From: an uncultured Chlamydiales bacterium
GTDB taxonomy: Bacteria; Chlamydiota; Chlamydiia; Chlamydiales; JAAKFR01
Direction of reading: 5' to 3'
DNA: 64,000 bases
Assembly (NCBI GenBank): GCA_963699155.1
Contig: OY969414.1
Location: 939,757 to 1,003,756, forward strand
In this document: piece after piece, positions 20,865 through 31,167 of the stretch
Position numbering within the stretch: position 1 is the stretch's first letter
How the letters are laid out: each line of letters begins with the position of its first letter
Program-made: the position numbers and the translations under genes
Notes under the pieces: generated by a model
Databases searched by the model: none
What the model saw: only the letters and a program-made list of their open reading frames with translations
Told to the model about the DNA's origin: nothing

Positions 20865-21462
20865 TTTTTTCCATAAGCCCCCCCTTGGATTGTATAGGGG
20901 AAAGGTTTTGAGCGACAATAGCCTGACCTTCATTATGCACATGTACAACCTGAACTGTTTGTTGACCTCCTGAACGGTATTTAAGCACGGTCTGCATAGT
21001 TTGATTTGCCGTATTCAAAAGTTTGTTAGCCAATAAAAACAGCCTTTCCACGTGATAAAAACCCTGTTCTGGCAGATTGGCAATCCGAAGACATTTCATA
21101 CCCGAATCCTGTAAGGCAAGAAATTGACCTAAAAGTAGAGCTTCAGTTTCATTTTGAGGTTGTAGGGTTGGCAACAAAGCAGACACTTCATTTAGGCGCG
21201 ATGCGTGCTCTTCCATTGTCATTCCTCGATCAACTTTGTTTAAAATTTTATCCCCAATGGCTAAGTCCGATGTGCCTGTGGCTTTTTTTAAAGCTGTTTT
21301 GATTTTTTGCTCACTAAGATCGCTATCATCAGAAAGAGTGATAGTATCAAACTCATTTTGCCCAGTCTTTTCGTTGAATTTAAATTTCCAACGAAGGAAA
21401 GGGTCTTGTTTGGTTTCTTGATCTGACTGCTGTTGTTGAACCAATTGTGTTTTTTTGTTCAT
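20854..21462 (-). CDS. Hypothetical protein of a type usually adjacent to HGGxSTG genes
   Basis: PQNETEALLLGQ...KYRSGGQQTVQVVHVHNEGQAIV; overlaps the start of the HGGxSTG gene. Confidence 0.65.
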   Translation of the reverse strand: MNKKTQLVQQQQSDQETKQDPFLRWKFKFNEKTGQNEFDTITLSDDSDLSEQKIKTALKKATGTSDLAIGDKILNKVDRGMTMEEHASRLNEVSALLPTLQPQNETEALLLGQFLALQDSGMKCLRIANLPEQGFYHVERLFLLANKLLNTANQTMQTVLKYRSGGQQTVQVVHVHNEGQAIVAQNLSPIQSKGGLMEKNEN

Positions 21463-22060
21463 ATTAGCCCCTGTTTTAAGCGGGATACTCGATCCCACAT
21501 CATGTCCGTGGACGCCTGTGGACAAATTAGCCTGGATCTTCTTACTTCAACGACCTCATCATAGGTTTTTATAAATGCCACTAAAACCTTTTTAGAGGCT
21601 CTGTAGGCAATGATCTTATTTGAAGCATAGGATAATCCGCTTGCATTAAGTTGCGCATTTTAAGCTTGCATTTTCAGGATCCAAAAATTTGAGTCACAAG
21701 AGGCGTAATTTTTCCTCGAGCCTGTTCTAGCGTCCTTCGAAGAGAGCCAGAAAAAAATTTTTCAGTACAACACTCTCTTCGGCAGATAGCACTAGTTTCT
21801 CTTGGCCGAAGCAGCTCGAAAAGAGGAATAAAACAATCAAGAAAAAAGGCATCCCCAACATCTGGAAAATAGCTATTGTTAGACGATTTGCTAAATATTT
21901 CAACCATTTTTTGATCCGTTAAGGTGTGCCCGCTGCAATTTTGATTGAAGAACTGCACTGGCCAATCTTCCATCAAGAAGATGCGAGAATGGCTCCTAAG
22001 TGGATGTCTATTGCTGGAAATGGGGATGATAGCAGATAAGGAGGGCTGAAGGCAATCCGT

Positions 22061-23230
22061 ATGAATCTCCACGAATACGAAGCTAAGAACTTGTTGTCAC
22101 GCTATAAGGTGCCCGTTCCGCCTTTTGGCGTGGCGACAAATTCAGAAGAGGTCGTAGAGGGGGTTAAAGAGCTCGGTTTGACAAAGGCGGTGATCAAAGT
22201 TCAGATCCACGCTGGGGGAAGAGGCAAAGCGGGCGGGGTGAAATTTGCCGATGATCCTGAAGAGATTACGCGGATCGCTGAAACTTTGATTGGGATGAAA
22301 ATCACCAATGCGCAGACAGGGCCTAATGGTGTCATCGCGAAGAAGGTGATCTTTTATGCCCCCCTCACCATCCAGAAAGAATACTACCTAGCAGCTACCA
22401 TCGACCGCTCACAAAAGATTCCGATCATCCTTGCGTCGCCAGAAGGGGGTATGGAGATCGAAGAGATTGCCCAAAAAAGCCCTGAAAAGCTGCTCAAGGT
22501 GAAGATCGAACTCGATGGAAAGATGCGCCATTACCACCTTTTGGAGATTGCTAAGTTCATGGGATGGGAGGGAGAGGTGAGGAAGCAGGGGATGGAGCTC
22601 GTCTCTAATCTTGCCAGAGCATTTATCGAAACTGATGCCTCACTGATCGAAATCAATCCCCTTGTCCAGACACCAGAGGGAAAGCTTTTTGCTGTCGACG
22701 CGAAGTGCTCCATCGATGATGATGCCTTATTTAGGCAGCCTGCGCTGGCTCAGTGGTACGATCCTACTCAATCTACGCCGCAAGAGGTGATGGCTAAAGA
22801 GTTTGACCTCGCCTACATCGGTCTCGAAGGGGAGATTGGCTGTTTGGTCAATGGGGCAGGGCTGGCGATGGCGACGATGGATATCATTCGCCATTATGGC
22901 GGCTCTCCTGCCAACTTTCTCGATGTGGGCGGAGGAGCCACTCAAGAAGAGGTTTCTCACGGCTTTAAAATTATCCTCCAAGATCCGAAAGTAAAAGCGA
23001 TCTTTGTCAATATTTTCGGAGGCATTTTGGATTGTGGGCTTTTGGCTCAAGGCATTGTAAACGCCTGCAAAGAAAATCCGCTCAAAGTGCCGCTGGTCGT
23101 ACGCCTAGAAGGGACCAATGTAGATGTGGGAAAAATGATCCTCCAAGAGTCTGGACTGCCCATCATCACTGCTGAAACGATGGCAGATGGGGCTCAAAAA
23201 GCGATTCAAGCGGCAGAGTGGAAGAAATAA
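22061..23230 (+). CDS. sucC: Succinyl-CoA synthetase beta subunit
   Basis: [40 protein letters not shown]. Confidence 0.97.
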   Translation: MNLHEYEAKNLLSRYKVPVPPFGVATNSEEVVEGVKELGLTKAVIKVQIHAGGRGKAGGVKFADDPEEITRIAETLIGMKITNAQTGPNGVIAKKVIFYAPLTIQKEYYLAATIDRSQKIPIILASPEGGMEIEEIAQKSPEKLLKVKIELDGKMRHYHLLEIAKFMGWEGEVRKQGMELVSNLARAFIETDASLIEINPLVQTPEGKLFAVDAKCSIDDDALFRQPALAQWYDPTQSTPQEVMAKEFDLAYIGLEGEIGCLVNGAGLAMATMDIIRHYGGSPANFLDVGGGATQEEVSHGFKIILQDPKVKAIFVNIFGGILDCGLLAQGIVNACKENPLKVPLVVRLEGTNVDVGKMILQESGLPIITAETMADGAQKAIQAAEWKK

Positions 23231-23232
23231 TC

Positions 23233-24108
23233 ATGGCTGTTCTGATCGATAAAAAGACTAAGGTAATCACACAGGGCCTCACAGGTAAGGCTGGCACATT
23301 TCATACCGAGCAGGGAATCCAATATGGCTCCCACTATGTGGGTGGAGTCACTCCTGGCAAAGGGGGGCAAACTCATCTGGACCTTCCTGTCTTTGATACT
23401 GTCAAGGAGGCGAAGGAGGCCACAGGGTGTGATGCCAGTCTCATCTTTGTCCCTGCCCCTTATGCTGCAGAGGCCATTCTGGAGGCAGAAGAGGCGGCTA
23501 TCCCTCTCATAGTCTGTATCACTGAAGGAATCCCTGTCAGGGATATGTTGGAGGTTTCCCAAATCCTGAGTAAAAGCCGCACCAGCCGTCTCATTGGACC
23601 TAACTGCCCTGGGATCATTACACCAGAGGCTTGCAAAATCGGAATCATGCCTGGCTATATCCACAAACGGGGAAAGATCGGGATTGTCTCGCGCTCAGGC
23701 ACGTTGACCTATGAAGCTGTCTGGCAGACTACCCAAGAAGGGCTGGGACAAAGCACCTGCATCGGAATCGGCGGAGATCCTCTCAATGGAACCAGCTTTA
23801 TCGATATGCTCGAGCTCTTTGAGCAAGATCCCGAAACTGAAGCGATCCTGATGATCGGCGAAATTGGCGGTAGCGCAGAAGAAGAGGCGGCCGACTGGAT
23901 CAAAGAGAAGGGAAAAAAGCCTGTCGTCGCCTTTATCGCTGGGCAGACAGCCCCCCCAGGAAAGAGAATGGGCCACGCAGGTGCAATCATCTCTGGTGGA
24001 AAAGGAACTGCTCAAGGTAAAATTGCTGCTCTCAAAGAGGCAGGAGCGGTGATTGCCGAAACTCCCGCTGTGATAGGCAAAACGATTAAACAAGTTCTCT
24101 CGTCATGA
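23233..24108 (+). CDS. sucD: Succinyl-CoA synthetase alpha subunit
   Basis: [31 protein letters not shown]. Confidence 0.97.
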   Translation: MAVLIDKKTKVITQGLTGKAGTFHTEQGIQYGSHYVGGVTPGKGGQTHLDLPVFDTVKEAKEATGCDASLIFVPAPYAAEAILEAEEAAIPLIVCITEGIPVRDMLEVSQILSKSRTSRLIGPNCPGIITPEACKIGIMPGYIHKRGKIGIVSRSGTLTYEAVWQTTQEGLGQSTCIGIGGDPLNGTSFIDMLELFEQDPETEAILMIGEIGGSAEEEAADWIKEKGKKPVVAFIAGQTAPPGKRMGHAGAIISGGKGTAQGKIAALKEAGAVIAETPAVIGKTIKQVLSS

Positions 24109-25250
24109 TCACTCTACCAGGACGCATTCCCATCACCATCCAACCTCTCTTTTGGTTGATCGCTTTTTTTATCGGCTGGATGTGGACCTATACTCTTATG
24201 GGAGCCCTTCTCAGCGTGGGCATCATCTGCTTTTCCGTCCTCTTCCACGAGTTTGGCCATGCTCTCACGGCGCAGTTCTTTGGGCAGAAAGCACGCATCG
24301 AACTGGCCGCCTTCGGCGGTTTCACCTACCGTGAAGGGCGCAAGCTCAAACTGTGGGAAGAATTTATCGTGGTTTTCAATGGGCCTATCGCCGGCTTTCT
24401 GCTCTTCGTCGTCGCCTATCTCATCCAGAAGAATGTGGCCATTACCCAACCCAACCTAGCACAAGCAGTTCGATTTACCCTACTCGCCAATCTCTTTTGG
24501 ACCATCATCAACCTGGTCCCTGTCCTTCCACTCGATGGTGGTCATCTCCTCAGCATTATCCTCGAGTCGATTTTTGGATTCAAAGGGATCAAGATCGCCA
24601 TTATCGTGGGGATCGCCATCGCAGTAGCAATCAGCATCACCTGCTTCGCTATCGGCCAATTTTTTGTTGGGGCTCTCTTCCTCATTCTCACCTTTGAAAG
24701 CTTCCGCTCACTCCGCTACTACAAACTGTTCAACGAAAAGGATCGCGATGTCGAACTCCAAGAGATGGTGAAGGAGGCTGATGCTGATTATCAGGCGGGA
24801 CATACCGATCTCGCTCTCGAAAAACTCACCACCGTCCGCGCGCGTGCCCCAGAGGGGATCCTCAACACGATGGCGACCCAGGTGATGGCCGAAATTTATC
24901 GGAATCAAGAACGCTACGATGAGGCCTACCAGCTCCTCCTCCCAATCGAATCAACCCTCTCAGGTAATTCTCTCGCGCTTCTCCACTTCCTCGCCTACAT
25001 GGCAGGTGACTTCAAAAAGGTTCTCTCCCTCGGCAACAAATGCTACCAAGATAACCCCTCCTACGATACCGCACTCATCAACGCTCTCGCCAACGGCGCC
25101 CTCGCCCATGTCGAAGCGGCAGTCGGTTGGCTCGAATGCGCCCTCCGCGAAGGTCTCCCTTCCATCTCCCAAGCGATCAAGCGAGCCGAATTCGACCCCA
25201 TCCGCCAAGATCCCCGCTTCGTCACCTTCCAACAATCCCATATTGACTAA
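24105..25250 (+). CDS. Site-2 (M50) intramembrane metalloprotease with TPR-like C-terminus
   Basis: HEFGH zinc motif, [11 protein letters not shown]. Confidence 0.88.
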   Translation: MITLPGRIPITIQPLFWLIAFFIGWMWTYTLMGALLSVGIICFSVLFHEFGHALTAQFFGQKARIELAAFGGFTYREGRKLKLWEEFIVVFNGPIAGFLLFVVAYLIQKNVAITQPNLAQAVRFTLLANLFWTIINLVPVLPLDGGHLLSIILESIFGFKGIKIAIIVGIAIAVAISITCFAIGQFFVGALFLILTFESFRSLRYYKLFNEKDRDVELQEMVKEADADYQAGHTDLALEKLTTVRARAPEGILNTMATQVMAEIYRNQERYDEAYQLLLPIESTLSGNSLALLHFLAYMAGDFKKVLSLGNKCYQDNPSYDTALINALANGALAHVEAAVGWLECALREGLPSISQAIKRAEFDPIRQDPRFVTFQQSHID

Positions 25251-25297
25251 AATTTTTAACTACCCTATCATCGCTCTTGCTTCATCGGAGGAATCAT

Positions 25298-26071
25298 ATG
25301 AAAGGATGGATCAAAGCTACTGCGCTTTTTTTACTCTCTGTTTCTCACGCCATTCTTTCGGCACAGAATCCTTTTGATGGCTTCTATGTTGGCGGCAATT
25401 TTGGTTTTGCCACTTATAGAAGCGAGCGCGTTGATCGTGATATCTACCAGACACTGCCCGCAAATCTTACTGATAAGAAGACAAATTGGGCAGCGGGTTT
25501 GCAAGTGGGGTATGATTGGTCGTTGTGCCCCTGGGTTGTGGGTCTCGTCGGAGATTGGGATTGGACAAATAGCAGAACTCAAATCGATCTGAATACAAAT
25601 TCGCCCGGGGTCACAAAAAAGATCGAGAGTGATCTGCGCTGGATTTCGACACTGCGTGCACGCTTCGGCTTTGCTTCCCGTTGTACCCTATTTTTTCTCA
25701 CAGCTGGCGCTGCAGTTGCCGATTTTAAGACCCATTTTACCAAGATAGAACCAGGGTTCCCGGCAATCCCCCCTTTTCTTCCATTTCCAATGCCTCCACT
25801 TAACGAACATTCCACTTCTGATAAAAAGAGGTGGGGATGGACAGCAGGCTTTGGGGCTGAGTGGGCTTTTGGTTGTCATTGGAGTATCCTAGCAGAAATT
25901 CTCTATGCCAATTTTGGACAATATGAAACGAGTTTTTTAGCCTCAATCAACAGCCAAGTTACAGGTCCTGCCACGACAACTTATCGATTTAACATGCTGG
26001 AAGAAGTCTGGTTAGGGCGTATCGGGATTAATTACCGTTTTTCACTCTCGAATTTTGGTTTTGGATCATGA
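25298..26071 (+). CDS. Outer membrane beta-barrel, Omp25/RopB-like, copy 1
   Basis: Signal peptide; FDGFYVGGNFG, GLQVGYDW, STLRARFG, GWTAGFGAEW, GINYRF. Confidence 0.85.
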   Translation: MKGWIKATALFLLSVSHAILSAQNPFDGFYVGGNFGFATYRSERVDRDIYQTLPANLTDKKTNWAAGLQVGYDWSLCPWVVGLVGDWDWTNSRTQIDLNTNSPGVTKKIESDLRWISTLRARFGFASRCTLFFLTAGAAVADFKTHFTKIEPGFPAIPPFLPFPMPPLNEHSTSDKKRWGWTAGFGAEWAFGCHWSILAEILYANFGQYETSFLASINSQVTGPATTTYRFNMLEEVWLGRIGINYRFSLSNFGFGS

Positions 26072-26108
26072 AGCATGTGCCAAGCAATCTGTTTTTTGGA
26101 GGAATACA

Positions 26109-26840
26109 ATGAAATGGTTAAAAGTTATCACTCTCACTGCATATTGCTTTTTGGCGGCTCAACTCTATGCTGAAGCAAATCGCTCACCTTCTTTTGATGG
26201 TTTTTATGTAGGTGGTAACGTCGGCTTTGTCCATTTTAAAAATCTCTTCCTTGATAGAGATGATTATCTCACTTTTGTTTCTTTACCCAATGCTTTAGAA
26301 AATAGCGATATTAACTGGTTAGCGGGCATTCAAGCAGGCTATGATTGGAGCTATTGTCACTGGTTATTTGGCCTTGTTGCCGATTGGGACTGGACCAATG
26401 CCAAAGTAAAAAACAGCCTTCTTAAGTCAAATCCTACGATTATAACAATCTCATCTGAAATTCGTCTCCATTGGTTATCCACGATCCGTGGTCGGACAGG
26501 GATTCTGTTCGATTCCTTTTTATTTTACTTCACAGCCGGTGCAGCAGCAGCCCACTTCAAAACACATCTGAGCAACAATCAGCCCCTAAGCTTTCCTGTC
26601 AATGAAAGATTCTCCTTCGAAAGAAACCGATGGGGGTGGACGGCAGGATTTGGAGCTGAATGGCTTGCAGGTTGCCACTTGTCGCTTAATGCGGAACTCC
26701 TCTATGCCAGTTTTGATTCTTATCGATTTAAAATCTTTAGTCCAGCTGCGGCAAATACCTTTTCATTTAGTTCTACTAACGATATCTGGTTAGGACGCAT
26801 CGGATTGAATTATCGATTTTCACTGAGGAGCTTTTTATGA
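26109..26840 (+). CDS. Outer membrane beta-barrel, Omp25/RopB-like, copy 2
   Basis: Same motifs: FDGFYVGGNVG, GIQAGYDW, STIRGRTG, GWTAGFGAEW, GLNYRF. Confidence 0.85.
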   Translation: MKWLKVITLTAYCFLAAQLYAEANRSPSFDGFYVGGNVGFVHFKNLFLDRDDYLTFVSLPNALENSDINWLAGIQAGYDWSYCHWLFGLVADWDWTNAKVKNSLLKSNPTIITISSEIRLHWLSTIRGRTGILFDSFLFYFTAGAAAAHFKTHLSNNQPLSFPVNERFSFERNRWGWTAGFGAEWLAGCHLSLNAELLYASFDSYRFKIFSPAAANTFSFSSTNDIWLGRIGLNYRFSLRSFL

Positions 26841-27592
26841 AAAAGGGTGTCCCACACTTGTTACTAATTCTGATGTGCCTTTTTTGGAGCGGAGCCTCCT
26901 CTGCTCAAGAGTGTCAGGCCCCATTTTTTGGCGGATTCTATTTCGGCGCCAATGTCGGATTTGTCCATGCCAGAAGCTATCTGGCGGATCTTGACGCTTT
27001 TTTTTTAGGTAATACAAATCCAAAAGGCATTCATACGCCAGGCTCGCTTTCTGCCAAAAATCTGAATTGGGCAGGAGGTGTTCAGCTCGGTTACGATTGG
27101 ACCTGTGGCCATTCACTTTTTGGTCTTGTAGCCGACTGGGATTGGACCAATGCCCATGCAAAAACTGCGATTTTTGAAGTCACTACCACCACGATCGATA
27201 TCTTCACGGAATCAGAACTGCGCTGGTTATCGACCCTGCGCGCACGGTTCGGTTTCTTCTGGAAAAGAGCCCTCCTCTATTTCACAGCAGGAGCTGCCGC
27301 TGCAGATTTTAAAACTCTCATCCATTCGAATCTGCTCGCCCTCTCTCCTACTATTATCATTGAGAATGAAAAATTTACTTTTAAGAAAACCCGATGGGGT
27401 TGGACGGCAGGATTTGGTGGTGAGTTTGCCTTAAGCTGCCATTGGGCGATCAATGCCGAGCTTCTCTATGCCGGCTTCAGTACCTATCAAATGAAATTCT
27501 TCAGCCCAACCCTTTCTGATACCTTCCGCTTCAACGCCAATCAAGAGGTCTGGCTGGGCCGCATCGGCCTCAAATACCGCATCCCCTTCTGA
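26837..27592 (+). CDS. Outer membrane beta-barrel, Omp25/RopB-like, copy 3
   Basis: Same motifs; terminal Phe. Confidence 0.85.
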   Translation: MKKGVPHLLLILMCLFWSGASSAQECQAPFFGGFYFGANVGFVHARSYLADLDAFFLGNTNPKGIHTPGSLSAKNLNWAGGVQLGYDWTCGHSLFGLVADWDWTNAHAKTAIFEVTTTTIDIFTESELRWLSTLRARFGFFWKRALLYFTAGAAAADFKTLIHSNLLALSPTIIIENEKFTFKKTRWGWTAGFGGEFALSCHWAINAELLYAGFSTYQMKFFSPTLSDTFRFNANQEVWLGRIGLKYRIPF

Positions 27593-27682
27593 CAACACCT
27601 TTCAAAACTTCATTGGAAGGATATCGAAAAAGAGAGAATCGCCTAAGCGACCAATTATTTCTGGCGGTCGTCGAGCTCCTAT

Positions 27683-28144
27683 TTATGAAAATTCAGCAGC
27701 GAGTCGCCTTGTAAGAGCTGCAAATTCCGAAGCACTGTTGGATAACCCTACTGTTTTCTTCTGAAGAGCAGCTAGCCCTCCTTTGCGATGAGTAGGCCGG
27801 TGGAGGGGCGTAGTGTCAGCACTATTCGCTGTGAGAAGAGGTGAAGTGTCGATGGTCTCAGTGGTGCGGGTAACACTTTCTTCGCACCAGGTCAATTTGG
27901 GGTGGTAGCGGTCGAGTAGGCCGAGGATTACGGCTAAGGCAACACCGCCGCCGCCGATGGCGAAGGCGCTATAGCCCAATCGCGAATAGAGACAGCCAGT
28001 CGCAATGAGGCTGCCGATCATGAGGATGATTCCGATCACTAGAAAAAGGTGGTGAGTTTCACACTTCTCTTCCGCAATTGGCTGCCGCGGAACAATGTGG
28101 TGAATGGGTACATCAGGCGAGCTATAGGAGCGTTCCATGGTCAA
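27683..28144 (-). CDS. Hypothetical Inc-like membrane protein
   Basis: Bilobed hydrophobic segment followed by a Ser/Thr-rich tail. Confidence 0.55.
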   Translation of the reverse strand: MTMERSYSSPDVPIHHIVPRQPIAEEKCETHHLFLVIGIILMIGSLIATGCLYSRLGYSAFAIGGGGVALAVILGLLDRYHPKLTWCEESVTRTTETIDTSPLLTANSADTTPLHRPTHRKGGLAALQKKTVGLSNSASEFAALTRRLAAEFS

Positions 28145-28313
28145 AATCCTTTTAACCTGAGTGTGAGGGAAATCAACCCAAAACTCAGGTTTTAAGTTAA
28201 AGAGATTATGGTACTTGCCAAGAAGGCAAAAGTCAAGCCTAAAATTTTTATTTGTATCGCAGGGGATGGTGGGGTCGACCTTGCTGTTTTCCGTGGCAGG
28301 ATAGTCTCTCCTT

Positions 28314-29753
28314 TTATTTAAAGCGCAGGGCGACGATGCGGATGGCCTCGCCTTGGCGCACCATGAGGAGGACGCGACTCTCTTTGGCGGCTATGTTGAG
28401 AGCTGTTGAGAATTCGGTCATATTGGAGATTTTTTGGCGGTTGACGGCCATGATGAGGCTGCCCGGTTTGAGGGCTGCTTCGGCTGCGGGACTTCCAGGA
28501 GTCACTTGCGTGATAACGACCCCCTTGAGATCGATGAGGTTGAGCCTCTGGGCGAGTTCAGGGGTGAGATCTTGCAGTTTGAGGCCCAGTTTTTCGGCAT
28601 GGAGGGTAGGGCTGACAGCTTCGGTGGGCAGTTGGGTCGTCGTGACATTGAGCTCTATCTCTTTGCCTTCACGGAAGATTTTCAGCTTGAGCTTCGATCC
28701 GGGGGTCAAAAGGGCGACATGGTTGCGGAAGCTGCTGAGATTCTCCACAGGGTTGCCGTTATAGGCCATGATAATATCTTCTTGCTTCACACCCGCTTTG
28801 TCAGCCGGAGAGTCTTTCACAATGTCGGTCACGAGCGCTCCTTGCGTGTTCTTGAGCTTATAGAAGCTGGCAAGATCGCTATCGATCGGTTGGAGAGTGA
28901 CACCGAGAAAGCCGCGCGTCACCTGACCCTCTTTGATCAGCTGGGCGACAATCTGTTTCGCCATGCTGCTCGGAATCGCAAAACCGATGCCCATATAGCC
29001 TCCTGAGCCGCTGACGATGGCGGTATTGACGCCGATCACTTCAGCTTCGACATCGAGTAACGGACCGCCCGAATTGCCGGGATTGATTGCCGCATCGGTT
29101 TGGATGAAATCTTCAAAGTCGGCGATGTGGAGCTGATTCCTTCCTTTTGCACTGACGACGCCGACGGTGAGGGAGGTTTGCAATCCAAAGGGGTTGCCGA
29201 TGGCAATGGCCCAGTCACCCACTTCCAGCTTGTCGGAATCACCAAATTGGAGGAAAGGGAAGTCGTTTCCCTCGACTTTAACGACCGCAAGATCCGTTTT
29301 GGGATCGGATCCAACGACGGTGGCGGTCAGCTTTTCCCCATTAGATAAGGTGACATTGACTTTCTCGCTATCTTCGACGACATGATTATTGGTCACGATG
29401 TAGCCATCTTTGGAAATGAAGAAGCCAGAGCCTCGGACAGTTTCTGACGATTTGGGCTGCTTCTTCTCAAAGGGAAATCCAAAAAAGCGGTTGAAGAAAT
29501 CATCATTGAAATAGTCGAAAGGATTCTCTGAAGCACCTTTGTGCGAAAAAACTTCCTTGGTTTTCTCTGCTGTTTGGCTCTCGATATAGACCACAGCAGG
29601 GGTTGCCTTTTTGGCAACATTCGAAAAGCCTTTGGAAATTTGTTTGAGCAAAGCTTCATTGCTACAGCACTCGGGAGTGTCTGCGAAGCCAGCTGCCAAA
29701 AGCATCATTGTGCTGAGAGAGAGCAGGAAAATTTTCTTGAAGATCATAACCAC
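28314..29753 (-). CDS. htrA: Periplasmic serine protease DegP/HtrA (two PDZ domains)
   Basis: TNNHVV, TDLAV, INPGNSGGPL; signal peptide. Confidence 0.95.
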   Translation of the reverse strand: MVMIFKKIFLLSLSTMMLLAAGFADTPECCSNEALLKQISKGFSNVAKKATPAVVYIESQTAEKTKEVFSHKGASENPFDYFNDDFFNRFFGFPFEKKQPKSSETVRGSGFFISKDGYIVTNNHVVEDSEKVNVTLSNGEKLTATVVGSDPKTDLAVVKVEGNDFPFLQFGDSDKLEVGDWAIAIGNPFGLQTSLTVGVVSAKGRNQLHIADFEDFIQTDAAINPGNSGGPLLDVEAEVIGVNTAIVSGSGGYMGIGFAIPSSMAKQIVAQLIKEGQVTRGFLGVTLQPIDSDLASFYKLKNTQGALVTDIVKDSPADKAGVKQEDIIMAYNGNPVENLSSFRNHVALLTPGSKLKLKIFREGKEIELNVTTTQLPTEAVSPTLHAEKLGLKLQDLTPELAQRLNLIDLKGVVITQVTPGSPAAEAALKPGSLIMAVNRQKISNMTEFSTALNIAAKESRVLLMVRQGEAIRIVALRFK

Positions 29754-29783
29754 CTCGTATCGAAAAAGGTCATTATACTTAGC

Positions 29784-31154
29784 CTAGTGGAATAATTCAA
29801 TGGCTCGACAGATTGTCAAAAAACCCTTTTCAAGCCTCTCTAAGCCGAAATGTTCATTGGGTGCATGGATTCTGTCATCAGGAAGACCCAGCCCGACCAG
29901 CACCATTTCCGCTTTTGCTGCCTCGCAGAGCTGTGCCGCAATGGGAATCGAGCCGCCAGTTAAAATATTTTTGCAAGGTTTGCCAAAAACCTCAGAATAG
30001 GCCTTGGACATCAGCTTTACGATGCGGGAGTTGGGATCAGTTCGGAACCCTCTGCCATTTCCAGGCAGTGTCTCGAGGGTGAGTTTCATCGTGTGAGGAG
30101 CCAGCTGCAGCAGGTAATTTTTGACTTGGCGCGCGATCGTTTCTGGCTCTTGGTGGGGAACTAATCGGCAAGAGAGTTTTGCAAAGGCCTTGGCGGGAAT
30201 GACTGTTTTAAAACCAGCGCCTGTGTAGCCACCCCATAGGCCATTAATTTCCAAAGTGGGCCGTATCCAGGCCGCTTGATGAGGAGAAAACCCCTTTTCC
30301 ATTCCACTGGGGGCAAAGCCAAACATCTTTTGGTAGCGCTGCTGATCGAAATCAAAAGAGATCGCCTCCTTTTCAGAAGGGGTAAGAGGGGAGACCGCAT
30401 CATAAAAACCAGGGACAGTGACCTTTCCATCGCCATCGTGCAATTGGCTCAACAGTTTAGCCAGGGCGCGATTAGGATTGGAGGCGATGCCGCCAGCTTG
30501 CCCAGAATGGAGATCATAGTCAGCTTCTTGTAGAGAGATTTGGAAACAGACAAGACCGCGTGCTCCTAAAGTGATCGACGGTTCATTCAGACTATCCATG
30601 CCGCTATCGACAATGACCAGATAATCGGCCTTCAGAGCCTCTTGTTTGGTAGGGATCAACTGAGAAAGTCCTACGCTGCCACTCTCTTCTTCTCCCTCAA
30701 TCACAAATTTGATGTTGATGGGGAGGCGTTCGTGCATCTGTAGCATTGTTTTCAGGGCTAAAGCGGTGTAGAAGCATTGCCCTTTGTCATCGACAGCGCC
30801 TCGTGCGTAGATCTCGCCCTCCCTCAGCGTCGGTTCAAAAGGAGGATTCGTCCATTCGTTTAATGGGTCGACGGGTTGCACATCATAGTGACAGTAGATA
30901 AGCAGTGTCTCTTTGTCAGGGCCGGCGCGCAAATCTTGTGCAAAGAGAATGGGTGCACGCCCTGTCTCCCAGATTTCTACCTGTAAGCCACATTTTTTCA
31001 AATAGGAGGCGAGCCAATTGGCACAGTGTAAAACCTCTTCCTTGTAGGAGGGGTCGGTAGCGATGCTGGGAAAGCGGAGAAAGTTGAGGTAGTCGTTGAG
31101 ATTCTGCTGCTTTTCCTTTTCATAGATCTCTTTGAAGGGGGCTAGGGAAGTCAT
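29784..31154 (-). CDS. M20 family dipeptidase (ArgE/DapE-like)
   Basis: YCHYDVQP, ARGAVDDKGQ, EGEEESGS, DLHSG, HAPNE. Confidence 0.9.
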   Translation of the reverse strand: MTSLAPFKEIYEKEKQQNLNDYLNFLRFPSIATDPSYKEEVLHCANWLASYLKKCGLQVEIWETGRAPILFAQDLRAGPDKETLLIYCHYDVQPVDPLNEWTNPPFEPTLREGEIYARGAVDDKGQCFYTALALKTMLQMHERLPINIKFVIEGEEESGSVGLSQLIPTKQEALKADYLVIVDSGMDSLNEPSITLGARGLVCFQISLQEADYDLHSGQAGGIASNPNRALAKLLSQLHDGDGKVTVPGFYDAVSPLTPSEKEAISFDFDQQRYQKMFGFAPSGMEKGFSPHQAAWIRPTLEINGLWGGYTGAGFKTVIPAKAFAKLSCRLVPHQEPETIARQVKNYLLQLAPHTMKLTLETLPGNGRGFRTDPNSRIVKLMSKAYSEVFGKPCKNILTGGSIPIAAQLCEAAKAEMVLVGLGLPDDRIHAPNEHFGLERLEKGFLTICRAIELFH

Positions 31155-31167
31155 ATAGCTACTCTGT

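Noticed and set aside
21674..22072. 132-aa minus-strand ORF upstream of sucC
   Set aside because: No recognisable motif and it overlaps the sucC start; cannot be supported as a gene
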